A stretch of 64,000 nt of DNA from Oikopleura dioica. Lineage: Eukaryota > Animalia > Chordata. The stretch covers positions 8,494,001-8,558,000 of the forward strand of contig OU015568.1 of the NCBI GenBank assembly GCA_907165135.1, in the 5' to 3' direction. The notes beneath the pieces are model-generated. The model did no database searches and had not been told where the DNA came from. It saw only the letters and a program-made list of their open reading frames with translations. A program made the position numbers and the translations under genes. Shown here piece by piece: positions 33,347 through 45,449 of this stretch. Each line of letters starts with the position of its first letter. Position 1 is the stretch's first letter.

Positions 33347-33777
33347 TCACAGTTTCTTCATCTTTAATTCCATGAGCAAGAATTGCTGAATCATTGGATC
33401 CGTCACCTCTGATTTAATAGTTTTCACGGCTTCCTCCAGTCCCTGAACAAAATTTATCTCTCAAAGTTGAGACCAAAGACTCGTAAAAACAAAAGAATGT
33501 TGACTCTATTTGTTACCTCTTTGCCGAAGTGCTCAATTAAATCGTCCGTGTACATAAGCCAGACGCAATTGGAACATCCAGAGCCACAACACTCGTCTGG
33601 GTCCGGCTCGATGGGCGGAGTTTTTTGAAGAAATCGACGGCCAGACAGATTTTCAGCGAGGAGATTTCGACTGAGAAGGAAATTCGAACATCTTTTCTTG
33701 GGTTTGAGACATTGAAAATTGTATAATTAATTTTAAGTTTAAATAAATAATAAAAATGAAAAATTTAACTTGTTCAT
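33347..33777 (-). CDS. OXLD1: Oxidoreductase-like domain protein (not in the ORF track)
   Basis: Minus strand reads PPIEPDPDECCGSGCSNCVWLMYTDDL, then after a short intron GLEEAVKTIKSEVTDPMIQQFLLMELKMKKL*. The start exon is uncertain. Confidence 0.85.
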
Positions 33778-34547
33778 AGGGTCATAGTTTTTGATTTGCA
33801 ACAATCAACGATAAAGTTCTCTTTTATTTAAGTTCTCTCATCCTTTTTCCTTCTCTTCGGCGGAAGGCTAAAGTTTCGTCTTGGCGAGATTCTCCATCGA
33901 AATGGCATCGCCAATAGCGTCGAACCAATCAACGCGCCGGCGCAAAATGAGGATTTGGCGCACCAAATTTCGACTCGCCAATTTTATGGTTTCTTGAATC
34001 TGAGAATGTCCCGCTGCTTACTGTAAAATCGTACTTCACTCGTATCCGAGATGAATCGATTTTTCAGTTTTCAATAAGAGAGATGGAAGACGTCAATAGC
34101 AAAAATATTTTTTATCTATAAAATGTTACGATTTCAAAATCTTGTCCGCCAATTTCTTCATTTCTCAGATTGAATAACTTATTAATTTATTCCCAAAAGT
34201 ATAAATTTGATTTCTCAGCTTTTCTGAAATGACCAGCACATCCCATAGTTTCCTATCAGTACCCTGTAAAAGACTGTTGTTCCCTGTACCTATATTATTT
34301 CTCTATAAAATGTTACGAAAAACCATATCAAAAATGGTTTCGCCATCTCGAATGTGTCTTTCAATTTGAGATTTATTATAAATTTCTTTTAAGTGTTTAT
34401 AAAGTATGCTGTCTTAAATTTTGAGTTTGAAATTCATCCAAAAGCTTTTCTTTCTTTTCAGAAACAAAGAAAATTCGACAAAGGACAGAAAGACGCGAAT
34501 ATGAAGCCTCAATTGAAAATCAAAGTCTTCAAACTAATAATCGAGCA

Positions 34548-35916
34548 ATGAAGAAACTTCTCAGTCGTCGAAACTTGTACCTTGCGATTGTACTGTGTTC
34601 CTTTCTTCTCGTTCTTTTGCAAAAGAGAAGCGCAACTATTATCGAATTCAAAACAAATATCCAAATCCGCGAAAGTCGAAAAGCGGCGAAAAATGAGGAA
34701 AGAAAAAGCTGCGAGGAGACGAAGAAAAATGTTATTTTCGTGAAAACTCACAAAACAGCGTCTTCCAGTGTTCAAAATGTTCTTCTTCGGTAAGTTTAAT
34801 CAAATCCGATTTACGAATTCAGCCAACTTTTCAAAGCAAAGAAAAAAAGAAATGCGCTAGAATCGCTGTTTATTCAATAAACCTTAAGTTTTACTTTTCA
34901 TTTAGCTACACCGTCAACCACGGCTTAAATCTGGCAATGCCTCGCCACAACGGCGCCAGATTCTACAATCCAGAACCCTTCCGCCCCGACATGGTCCGCC
35001 CATTCTACGAAGAGGATGAACGACCCAATGTCATTGCTAACCACCTCGTTGCGTCTCCCGAACTCTTTGACTTCATTCCAAACGCTTTTACTTTCACGAT
35101 TCTCCGATCAGTTCCAAACCTTTACGAGTCTACATTCGAGTACTTTAAAACGTCTACTAAAGCGTTCAAAAATGCGGAAAATATTGATTCATTCTATTCA
35201 AATCCAGAGCAGTTCTACTCTCCCGGAAGTCATTATAATGAGTATACAAGAAATCACATGGGAAAGGGCTTATTTATATCGATAATTGAATATTCTTGAA
35301 TCATATTTTTGCCAACGAAAATGACCCTAAAAAAGCTCACGACCTTGGATTCGACCAAAACTCAGTGGATCCTGCTTATTTTCAGCAATCGATAGAATAC
35401 ATGGAGCAAAGATTTGACCTCGTCCTCATCAGTGACTATTTCCTCGAAAGTATGATCCTCGTGCAGGACAAGCTCTGCCTCACCATGGATGAAGTCGTCA
35501 CCTTAGTCGTCAACGCGCGCGATAAAAAATCTCCATTATCGCCAAAGACGATAGAAAATATCAAAAACTGGAATTCTTTCGATCTTCATTTGTTCGACCA
35601 TTTCAACTCGACTTTTTGGAAACAACTCGAAAGCGTTCCTGACTTACAAAAACGAAAAGACAACCTCAAACAACGTACTCAAGCGCTAAAAGAGTACTGC
35701 GTCGCTGAGCAAAAAGTATGTGGCTATTTTGACTCCAGTTGCGGCTGGCAAAAAGCTGGTGCTAATATCAAAGGATTCTCTCTAACAGAAGCTGGTTCAA
35801 AGAATCAACTCTGTATCGATCTAACGATGCCTGAACGACCGTTTTTGGAGAAAATCGCAAAGTTGCAATGGCCGTTTTGGAAGGCTTTCTACTGGCCAAG
35901 TTTTTTAGAATTTTAA
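34548..35916 (+). CDS. GAL3ST: Galactose-3-O-sulfotransferase family, type II membrane protein
   Basis: N-terminal TM segment, 5'-PSB motif VFVKTHKTASSSVQNVLLR, FTILRSV...ESTFEY, RNHM|AHDLG, FDLVLISDYFLESM, WNSFDLHLFDHFNSTFW. One GA-AG intron (35262-35335). Confidence 0.93.
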
Positions 35917-36239
35917 TTTTAACACTGTTTCATTTTTCATCAAAGTAATGCTCATAGTTCTTCAGTTATCTACCTTGTCTTCAACAAATATACCACTCAC
36001 AAAAGGACACATAAAGATTTCGAGCTGCAAACTTCAGCAGTATTCTTTCTTGCAGTTAAGTTTCTTCCTTGATTTCATTCTCAAATAGGACAAACGTAAA
36101 TGTAGAATTCTATTGATTGATTTTTTTATTCTATAAATTATTCGCAGTTCGTGAACTCATTGACAGGTGTTACAAAAATAATCGGATAGTAAACTTCGTT
36201 TCGTTGCTCTGCAATTATTTGAGATTTGATGAATTTACT

Positions 36240-39019
36240 CGCTGAATCTTTTTGGAGGCTCCGAATATACCCAATTGAGCATGAATACTTTTTATTAGCA
36301 CAAAAAGAGTCCTGAACCTTGACCTAATTCAATCTTTTGAATCGGAGCTTCATCTCCGTCCAGATAGCCAGGAAATACGAAGATAGAGCTGTCCAAAAAA
36401 TTGCGGATGAATAAGATACAGCCTAAAAACGTAAAAATAAAGCAGTGAACATATAAAATAGAAATGAATTTACCTTTGAAAGCGAGCCGATTAATGACCA
36501 TTTGTCGTTCATCAGTTCCCAGATTTCATTCAATCGTTCATATGTCCCTTGATCTAGTCCTCCGATGGTTAAAAGACTTCGAGAAGGCAGTTCAACCACA
36601 GAGAAATATGCGATCCATCTAAAATTTTTACACAAAGAGCTTTTGCCTTCGAATTTCTACCTTTTATGATTCATCTCGCTTAGAGTTGACCATCCATCTT
36701 CCGTCAATGCCTCAACGGTTCCGTTTGCGTCCCATCCTCCGATTGCAATCACGCGGCCATTGTAGAGGCCCAGTTCACCAAAATGGTGACCTTTATTTGT
36801 TTCAAAAGTTTCCGTGATGGCCTCTTCATTGAATGACTGGCATTTTCTGTCACTGTCATAGTCGAAGCAAATAATCGCTGAGAATTTCGAATTTTCTTCA
36901 AAGTAAATCGAATTTTACCTATGCTGCCGTCATCGGTAGTTATAACTGAGTGACCCTGTTCAAAATTAAAGGAAAGGCGAAGAGATAATCTTGTAAACTG
37001 GCATCCGTCCAATCGTGCAATTTTGTAGTTATCGAACCATCCACCAAAAATATGAAGCCGACCATTGACCACTGCGTGTCTCGAGAAAAAAGCATATGCA
37101 GAAATGTTTTGGCTAAAATCGATCGGACTGTCGATGAAGATGTCGTTGATTCTCGACCCATCGGGCAGTAATGCAAAGGGTTTCTTGTTGCCAGAATAAT
37201 TCGGTAGTATGACATTGATCTGCGAAGTCTCTTGAATATGGACAAAGTTTTTGATTTTTGTAGTGCGGTCCAATTTAAGAATACGGACTTTTTTGTTCGC
37301 GACGTTTTCAAGCCCGGTTATTTTGATTTTTGAATCTTCATTCACATTTTTATTTCCACTCTGATGAAGTTAACAACCTTGAGATTATTAAAATAATAGA
37401 ATAAAATTTAAACTTTTCCTGAAAGACTTCGAGATAAGACGAGTCCGCTGAACTCGTCGAATTGAAATGAAAAGCCAAATCCTTCGAGTCTGATGCATTT
37501 GACTGGATAACAAAGCGGTCTTCGAAGTAATCAGACTCTAACCAAAACGAGCCATTTTGAAAAATTCCAAAGAGTAATAAAGTCGTTCCATCAAAGAGAA
37601 TCAACTCAAGAATTTTTATTTCTTCGCTGTAATTTGCAGGAGCCTCGAATTCGAGCATAAACGTATCTGTTCCATCAAGGTTCAATTCGACAGTCGAAAT
37701 GTGCTTTAAGGGACCTTGTCGAGCAAACTTTTGCGCAACTTCACGAGCGCTTCATTCATTTTCGACTTGAGATATTTTGAAAATTCTTTTTGGTGACATA
37801 ATCTACGGACACTCCTCTTTCTTTTGCAGTTTTCAGCTTTTCTTTATCATTTGTAATTCAGTGGCTATGGCCGAAAAGAGAAGTTCAACTTCAAAGGGAT
37901 TCAGCACTTTCATTTTTCAAGATATTAAATTATAATTACATTCACCGAAAAGCCCAGACAATTCTCTACAAAACTTCGCTCATGGGGAATCATTGAATGA
38001 GTGGTAAGAATCAGTAATCCGGAGCTATTAGCGCGCGCTTTGCGGGAATCATGTGCAAATAAGCCAAAAACATCCCTCGCGCAGCGCGAACGCCCGCTGT
38101 GGAACCGATCCACTCCGTGAAAGCTTGCCTTGATCTCGACAGGTAATTGTTATCATAACCCCATAAGCGAAGTTTTGTAGAGAATTGTCTGGGCTTTCCG
38201 GTGAATGTAATTATAATTTAATATCTTGAAAAATGAAAGTGCTGAATCCCTTTGAAGTTGAACTTCTCTTTTCGGCTATAGCGACTGAATTACAAATGAT
38301 AAAGAAAAGCTGAAAGCTGCAAAAGAAAGAAGAGTGTCCGTAGATTATGTCATCAAAAAGAATTTTCAAAATATCTCAAGTCGAAAATGAATGAAGCGTT
38401 CGTGAAGTTGCGCAAAAATTTGCTCGACAAGGTCCCTTAATTCTTCAAACGAAGAAAAGAAATCGTCGGGAACAATTGTTTTGCGATGAGAGGCTGCCGG
38501 AAATCGTGGCTGAGAGACGGCGTCTTTGGAAAAGGCAGGAAAGACATCGTCATGGAAGGCAAAAAACGGATTGCTTGTCACGTGCATTTTGTTATCCGCT
38601 TTTTGTTGAACGAGTTCGATCTCGATTCGTTCTTTATTAGATTTGTAATTAGGAGTCTAAGATACATGTAGTGATGCATTTAAATCTCAAAAATATCAAA
38701 AATCCTTTCCGAAATTTAACTCGATTTCAAATAGAGAATCAAAAACATAGTTTTGGAAAAAGATTTTCTCGTCGTTGATGATTCCGTTGCCAAAGTATTC
38801 GCATTCGTCATTGTGGAATGCCCCTCGATCTGTGTAGTAAGGATCGTCTGAAGCAAACAACTTCGAATAACAGATAGATTCTTCTTCGTATTCAACAAGT
38901 GAGCCGATCCACTCGCTGCCGAGAGTCAGAAACTTTCCCTCCGCCTCCAACAACAAGGAATACAAAGTGTTTGAAAGAACGATACTCCTGCTAACTAAAA
39001 TTAAAAGCAACCTTCCCAT
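36240..39019 (-). CDS. Multi-exon protein with kelch-like blades (lineage-expanded family), interrupted by a foldback MITE
   Basis: GRLHIFGG...KIARLDGCQF, VIAIGGWD, LLTIGGLD..EIWEL..W. ORFs 38366-38587 and 37350-37685 become one frame (FSSFEELKHISTVELNLDG) when the MITE is removed. Confidence 0.55.
37710..38436. mobile_element. Foldback MITE with 278-bp TIRs and TTAA TSD (Kolobok-like)
   Basis: TTAA (37706-37709), GGGACCTTGTCGAGC...GCTCGACAAGGTCCC, TTAA (38437-38440). Arms 37710-37987 and 38159-38436 are slightly diverged inverted copies around a 171-bp spacer. Confidence 0.92.
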
Positions 39020-39062
39020 ATCGTTCTTATCTGAGTTCGAAGTTCGAACTTCACGTCTATTT

Positions 39063-40760
39063 TTATACTAGTTTGAAAAAATCAGTTTGAACTCTTGTCA
39101 AAGGAACGACATGAACTGGGTCCAAGTCGCGAAATTCCGGCGGAAGCTTGATTTCGTTTTTTCTCCAGCCTTTTTCGAATTCTTCGTTTTTTCGAATTCT
39201 ATTCAAAGCCAAAGTCGTTGAAAGTTTGATGTAGTAGTCGCCCATTCTTACACTCATCAAGTAAAATACTCCTTTGAAGCTCGTTGAAGAGACTTTTGCG
39301 TTGAAGTGGTTGCTGGCAATGTAACCTTGGGCCTCTTCAAATCGGCCGAGATTGTAATCGGGAGCGTAGTAGAAGCATTTGTCAGCTCTTCCGGTTGGAG
39401 AACTTTTAATTGGTCAAAAAGAAAGGTTGATTAAAATGGATTCTCGCTTATTTTTTGACCTTTTTCAGATAACAACGACGGGGAAAATCGTACTGCCTTT
39501 CTCTTTCAGGCGAATCTCAATGTGATGTGTTCCAATCGACGATCCATAGTGGAAAACGAAGAATCCTCTAACACGCAAAATATTCTGAGTACTAAAAAAC
39601 GCGCTTACATTCTTTTACGACGAGTCGGTATAAATGTCGGAGAAGAGTCATTTTCCTTGACTTTTAGGAGATTTCCAATAGCATCGACCAAGTAATGCTC
39701 ACCATTGAGGAATGTTGCGCCCATTGACTTTCGCGTTTTTATTAATATGGGAATCTCAATGATTGACCGAAAATATTTTTCCATAAAAAACGTTCATAAG
39801 AGAAGAAAGAATCCGTAGCATTAACATTTTTAACAATTCCATTGAAATCGGAAAAAATAAATTTTCGAAATTCTCTTGCTTCATGTTTTCGGTCTTCCCA
39901 GCGAGCAGTAATCAGTTTGACATCACCATTTGATTCAGTCTTTACTGCATCCGGTACTGAGCCTGTAGAGTTTGTTTCTAAATCAAAAACAGGAATCATT
40001 TTCTGTCGCGATTCGATTTTTTCGCATTCATAGAACGGACAAGGACAGCCGTTTTGACAGTATTTCTGAGTTGGACAAACTTCTCCAGCTGATTGAGAAG
40101 ATCGAGTTAGTTCGAAGCAAATCGATTCACAGGGCGAGATTGGATTAGTCTTTGTTGATTCCAAAACGAGCGTATTCGAGCAAAGATGGCGACAGATATT
40201 TTGATCGTAAAACTGTTTCTTTTGACAGCGTCGGAGATTCACTTCATTTTCTTCTTCGGTAAAAATGAGCGGCTGAGCTTTGGCGTGTTCGATCTTCGCA
40301 ACTGGCTCGGGAAAGATGAATTCTCCTGTCTCGTGACATTCCTTCATCATAAAGCCGCAGTAATCCATCGGAGTGATTTTCACGCATTTCTTGTAGTTTC
40401 TGTGACAAGTCGAAGTCAGAAAAGTGGTGACTCCTCGCGATCTTTGCAAAGAGTACCAGTTCGCTTACAAAAATGAATCAAGAAAACGAATTCAAGTGTA
40501 CTTATGAGGATGATGGTTATCCAGAAAAGTGAACCATTAGTAAGATAGGTTGCCATTTGAGGAGACGTCGAGAATCCATGTTTTTCAAAACTTAGTTTCT
40601 GCTTGACTATTTTCATGGCAGGGGTTTTCTGTAATGAGGTGGTAATTGTATTCCGACAATTATAAATGAACTGATAAATCGGGGTTACAAACGCTACCGC
40701 TCCTTCAAATCTCGTTTTCGCGTGTGAATGCTTCGGGTCGACAAAACTTCTTCTGGGCAC
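39063..40760 (-). CDS. Cys-rich protein with kelch-like C-terminus (uncharacterised expanded family)
   Basis: Hydrophobic N-terminal segment, repeated Cys spacing and CPTQKYCQNGCPCPFYEC, followed by beta-propeller-like exons. Confidence 0.5.
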
Positions 40761-41209
40761 AAAAATAACTTTTCATCCTTTTGCCTGAGAACCCCAATGC
40801 AGTGACAGTCCAGACACTTTCAAAACCAGTGTTAATCAATTTCGCTCCTATTTTTATCTACCTGAATTTTCGGCTGCTCAATCTTATTTGAACCCGTCTC
40901 TATTTCTATATCAATAGCCATAGCAAGTGTTCGTTAGCTGAGAAAAGGCTTTTTGGGGGAGGAAAACGGTAAAAATGGTTTACGGGCATCTTCGTCACGG
41001 ATATCGACAGCTTAGTCCCCCTCTTTCAAGTAATTTCTTCCAGTTCTTTTTTAGTCCCACAGCGTCAGCTTTCCCAAACTTTCATGATGAAAGACACGCA
41101 AATCTCTGGTTTCCAGCCTTGACCACATATAGAAAATCGGTTCTTTTTCTAGCTTTCGAATGGGGAGATTTGACAAAGATATAAATATTGAAAAAATAAA
41201 TGAAGTTTA

Positions 41210-42500
41210 TTTCAGAAATATACTGGGCACATCGTAGCCGAACAACTCGTAATCTAATCGATACAGCTCGTAGATTTTTTGTATGTTTTCAGCTCCAATA
41301 TTTTCATAAAATTTCATCAAAGTTGAGTGGCTAAATAAAGAGTTGCAAAAAGTAAATGAGTATCTGAAGGTCTATATTGCGATGTAACTTACTTTGTGGT
41401 CTTATTCCTCTTCGGATAGTCGGTCAAATCTCTCACATTCATGTCATTGAGAACATATTCGACATCTTCATTCAACGTCTCCATCTTTCCAATAAAATTC
41501 CAATCGATCGAACACACTTTGCAAATTTGAAAATAGGGGCCCCAATGTCTCTGCCGGGCTCCATACTTTCTATCGTCACCTTTTGCTATCAGATATTTTA
41601 CGAATTGATGGAATCCTTCGACATTTGCTTCTTGGAGAAAATCGTCGTCACCTTTTGCTAGTTTTCGAAACCAGAGAAGAATATTTTAGCAATAAGCTTT
41701 TAAAACCGGCCTATTTCTTGAAGCTGTTTCGCGACGAAATTCTGCCGGAGATAGTTGTCTTGCACCTATAAAAAAATTATCGTGTAAAACACGGCGCATC
41801 TTGATGTTCAACGGACCTTGTCACGATATGCCGACAGAAGTCGCTCCAGGGGATGCCGGACAAACATAAATTTATAAAATGTCTGCAACATGAAGATTTG
41901 CTGCTCCTTTGGATAGGTCGATAGGTATCTGTAGCCATCCTCACCCTTTTTCCCGTGAGGCGATTTGATGTCTTCGACTTTCATTTTCCCGTAGGTGTCT
42001 GGGTGAATGAGCTGGAGCATGGTACGCTTCCAATTTGTACAGCCGACTTTGGGCAGCTCACAGTACAAAATTTGATGCTTCTCGTCAACTACGAGTCGTA
42101 AATGATGTTCCGCAAGGGTTTCACTGTCAATTTCCTCCAGTAATGTATCATTGTACAGTCCCTCGTCTTCCATAATTTGACAAACTCTTTCTTTATTTTC
42201 AAGTCTCTCCTTGTATTCCTCTTTGAAATCAATGTCTTCATAGTTCAGATCTATGGTCTCTAACAAGATATTGTCCCCACTGCCAGAATCAAATATTGAA
42301 GGAGCCGGTTGTTTTGACTTCTCTAGCTTTTTCGTTAGTGACTCCACTCGTCTAAGGGATGAATTCAAGTCGAGCTCAAGTTCTTGCAAGAGTTAAAATT
42401 TGTCTTGTCTTGGAAAAAGCCCTAATGCGAGTTGTATATAAGCAAAAAGATATCAGACTCTTTCGGCGATTTCATATCTAATTCTCTAACTCTTTCCATT
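41210..42500 (-). CDS. CHST: Carbohydrate sulfotransferase (CHST11/HNK-1ST family)
   Basis: LYCELPKVGCTNWKR (5'-PSB), KFMFVRHPLERLLSAYRDK (3'-PB), MGAPIFKFAKCVRSIGILLERWRR-overlapping FDFIGKMET-type exon, and terminal YELYRLDYELFGYD. Confidence 0.9.
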
Positions 42501-42947
42501 ACGCGTTTGCCAGGTATTGTAAGTAAAAAGGCTCAAAACTGCTAGAATTAAAAGCGTGAGATAGCGCGTTCGATCAATCATTGGAATATTGAAGTGGTTG
42601 TAGCTTCAACCATTAAGCGTAAGGACGCGCTAAGATGAGGGCGCTAGAAGCCTCTTATCGTGTCGACTCATGTCAGAATAAATTGGCAGGCTCAGTTTTT
42701 GTTTATTTAAATTTTAAAAAAAGGACGACAACTCAATGTGTATAATATACCTTGTAGGTACACTGTATATCTTCAACGTTACTTACCAATTTGATCGTGG
42801 CTGCAGACAAGCTCAAATTGGACATCAGAATTTTTTTCTCTAGACTCTAGACACTAGCAACTAGAGAGATTTTTAAAACTATGTTTTCAAAATTTTCTGA
42901 AAATTTATCTTATAATAGAGCATCACTAGGGTAGAAAAGACAAAATT

Positions 42948-44169
42948 ATGAGTAAAGATACCAACGAAGAAATGAATAAAGCTCATTCCGGTGATGTTTT
43001 TATGAAGCCTCTTCAAGAAGGAAAGCCGAAAGATGTTCCAGTAGAAGAAATAATTGTCCAGTTTGAAGATGATGCTAAATCGTACAAGATAGATTTCTTG
43101 TGTAAGACTTTTCCGTATTTCAAAACTCTCTTCGACTTTGAACTAAGCAACAAGAGGTAGTTTTTGACATTCATTTTTTACCGTTCAATAAGGATTTTGA
43201 TAGTGACTCCTCGATGATCAAGTACTCTCTTCCGATGAAAAAATGTCTTTTCGAATGTTTTCATGACAAACACGAAAAGGACATTGAGTGGGCGCCGAGA
43301 TTTCTTGAGAAGCTTGAAGAATTGAAAGATGGTTCAGAAGAGTTCCCTGATATGGTTCGACGAGCGATGATTTTTCTACAGATTGATGAGTACATGGTCT
43401 CGGCAAAAGATGAAGATGATGATTTTTTGGGTCACACGTTAGCTGACTACAAAGATGCCGTGGAAGCTGAATGGGATGGCAATGGCGAGCCTCATGATAA
43501 GTGCCCAGTAAAGTACTTGTACTCCGTTAGGGGATTCTTGATGCTCAGATATTTCCACAGAAATATATTCAATGTGCCTGACCGTGAGGATCGTGATTAT
43601 CGTGATTGGTGGGAGTTCGACATTCCTGATATCATTCCTGAAGTCCCAGAGAAATACGCATGGGTGATGTATCATGGAGGAAATTATGGTTTGTTCGTTT
43701 TCTTCACAGAATCCATGATATGGGATGATCATTTTGGTGACGAAGATGCTTGTGTTAAAGACGAAGAGATAGAGTTTTGCTTGTGAGTTCATTTTTATAA
43801 TCTTCAAAATTTGTTCAAATAATATTATTTAGCGCCCAGGAGATTCGAGTTGATTATAATCACAGACCTAGTGGGGAATTCTATATTCAGGAGTATGGAA
43901 TCAATGAGCTTCGAGCCAAGGAAGGAAGATCTGATTCAAAGTTCGCTCTATATTCGTTTTGGAATCTTGGCGAACCACTTGAAATCATTCAAATGGAATA
44001 TGGGAAGAGATACAAGGTCACAATAAACGTCTATCTTGAGCGGAAAGATGTATTCGTTGATGTTGATGGTACGAAAAATATGGGACCTTGGCTAGAAGTT
44101 GAAGACGAAGAAGGCCTTTCTTTTGAAATCACATTCCCTGGACATCGCTGTATCCCGTTCGAGCTGTAA
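42948..44169 (+). CDS. BTB/POZ-like domain protein, three exons
   Basis: EIIVQFEDDAKSYKIDFLCKTFPYFKTLF resembles the start of a BTB domain. Short introns at ~43157-43200 and ~43785-43832; the last exon is open to TAA at 44167-44169. Confidence 0.55.
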
Positions 44170-44333
44170 ATAAAACAAAATTAAAGATTCAATGTCAAAG
44201 TGAATCTTTAATTGCTAGAATGGCAAGTAAAGACGTTTATTATCAACTACAACAATCGTTCTTTTCGAGTTTTCCTAAACTTAAAAATGAAAGTGACTGT
44301 AACAATCTTCTTCAGTGGACAAAAATGAACAGC

Positions 44334-44989
44334 TATGATAATTTTTTAACCGGGAATGGTCGGCTTCGTGAGCGAGTCGGGAGTTGTTTGCGGGTTGCTG
44401 TCGTTGAAAGCGTAGCTTGTCGTAGCTGTTGCTGCTGAGAGTGGTAGTGGTGAGACTTGAGCGGGCTCAGGAGTGGGCTCTTCGTCGGTTGATCTTTCCC
44501 GTTTTATGGGAGGCGATACGATAACGGATGGGTGAATGAAGGAAGCGGCGGGTTCTTGCTTCGACATTTTCGGGTGCCTGAAGAAAGGATTTCAAGCGAG
44601 CTCTTCTAAATTGGGACTTACGGTCGTTTTCGTGAAATTGGTGTCGATTTGTCACTAGGCGGCAGGTCAGGGATGTTTTCCACGAGTCCAGAGAGAAAGT
44701 TCAAAGACTAAAGCACATAAATTTTCAACTCTTCAAAAGGGCCCTTTTTTACCTGGGTATTTGTTATCGCTTGTTTGATATGCTGTGGCAAAATCGTTCT
44801 GTACGTCTTCGACTGACTAACCGCCGTTTCAGCATCGTGGAGGAGTTTTTGCATGAAGAGTTCGATCGCGCGAGAGATGAGGACTGGAACTGCTTTGGCT
44901 ACTTTGCCGATTTCTTCGTCTGTCTGCATGATTTTCTTGATCCGCGAAGGCTGGAAGCGCGAGTTTGGGAATCTCTTTTTTGGCGGCAT
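44334..44989 (-). CDS. DRAP1: NC2 alpha / Dr1-associated corepressor (histone fold)
   Basis: [45 protein letters not shown] matches the DRAP1 N-terminus. Confidence 0.95.
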
Positions 44990-45449
44990 TCTAGGACGAA
45001 AAATAAGAGTTTCTCGGCTCTAAGGAAAGAAAGAGGGAGAGTTTAAGTTGCGAACTTTAGTTTGGTCTAAACACCGGGAAAATCCATGCTACATTTTCTG
45101 TTTATCCCGCTGATTCCCTTTGACATTAAATTATCTTCTGGTGAATTATGCGTTGAGCAAATAAAGAAAGAACCATCGTAATAATTATTTATATTTTATT
45201 CTTCTTGATTAAAATTGAGCGAAAAATACTGTATTTAAAAGCAAATAAGGCAGTAGGTAATAATATCTGTGAATGAACGAGAGAGATTTCGACAATTGGA
45301 TCGTCTTTTTGTGAGTCTTTTTGAACCAGTGATAAAAATAAGCATGAAAATAAAATAAAATGCTCAGAATGATGAAAGAAGGAGGAAAAGAAAGAATGGA
45401 GTGTGTTTTCGAGGTAGATGGGCAATTGCACTTTGTCTCTTTTTTAATT

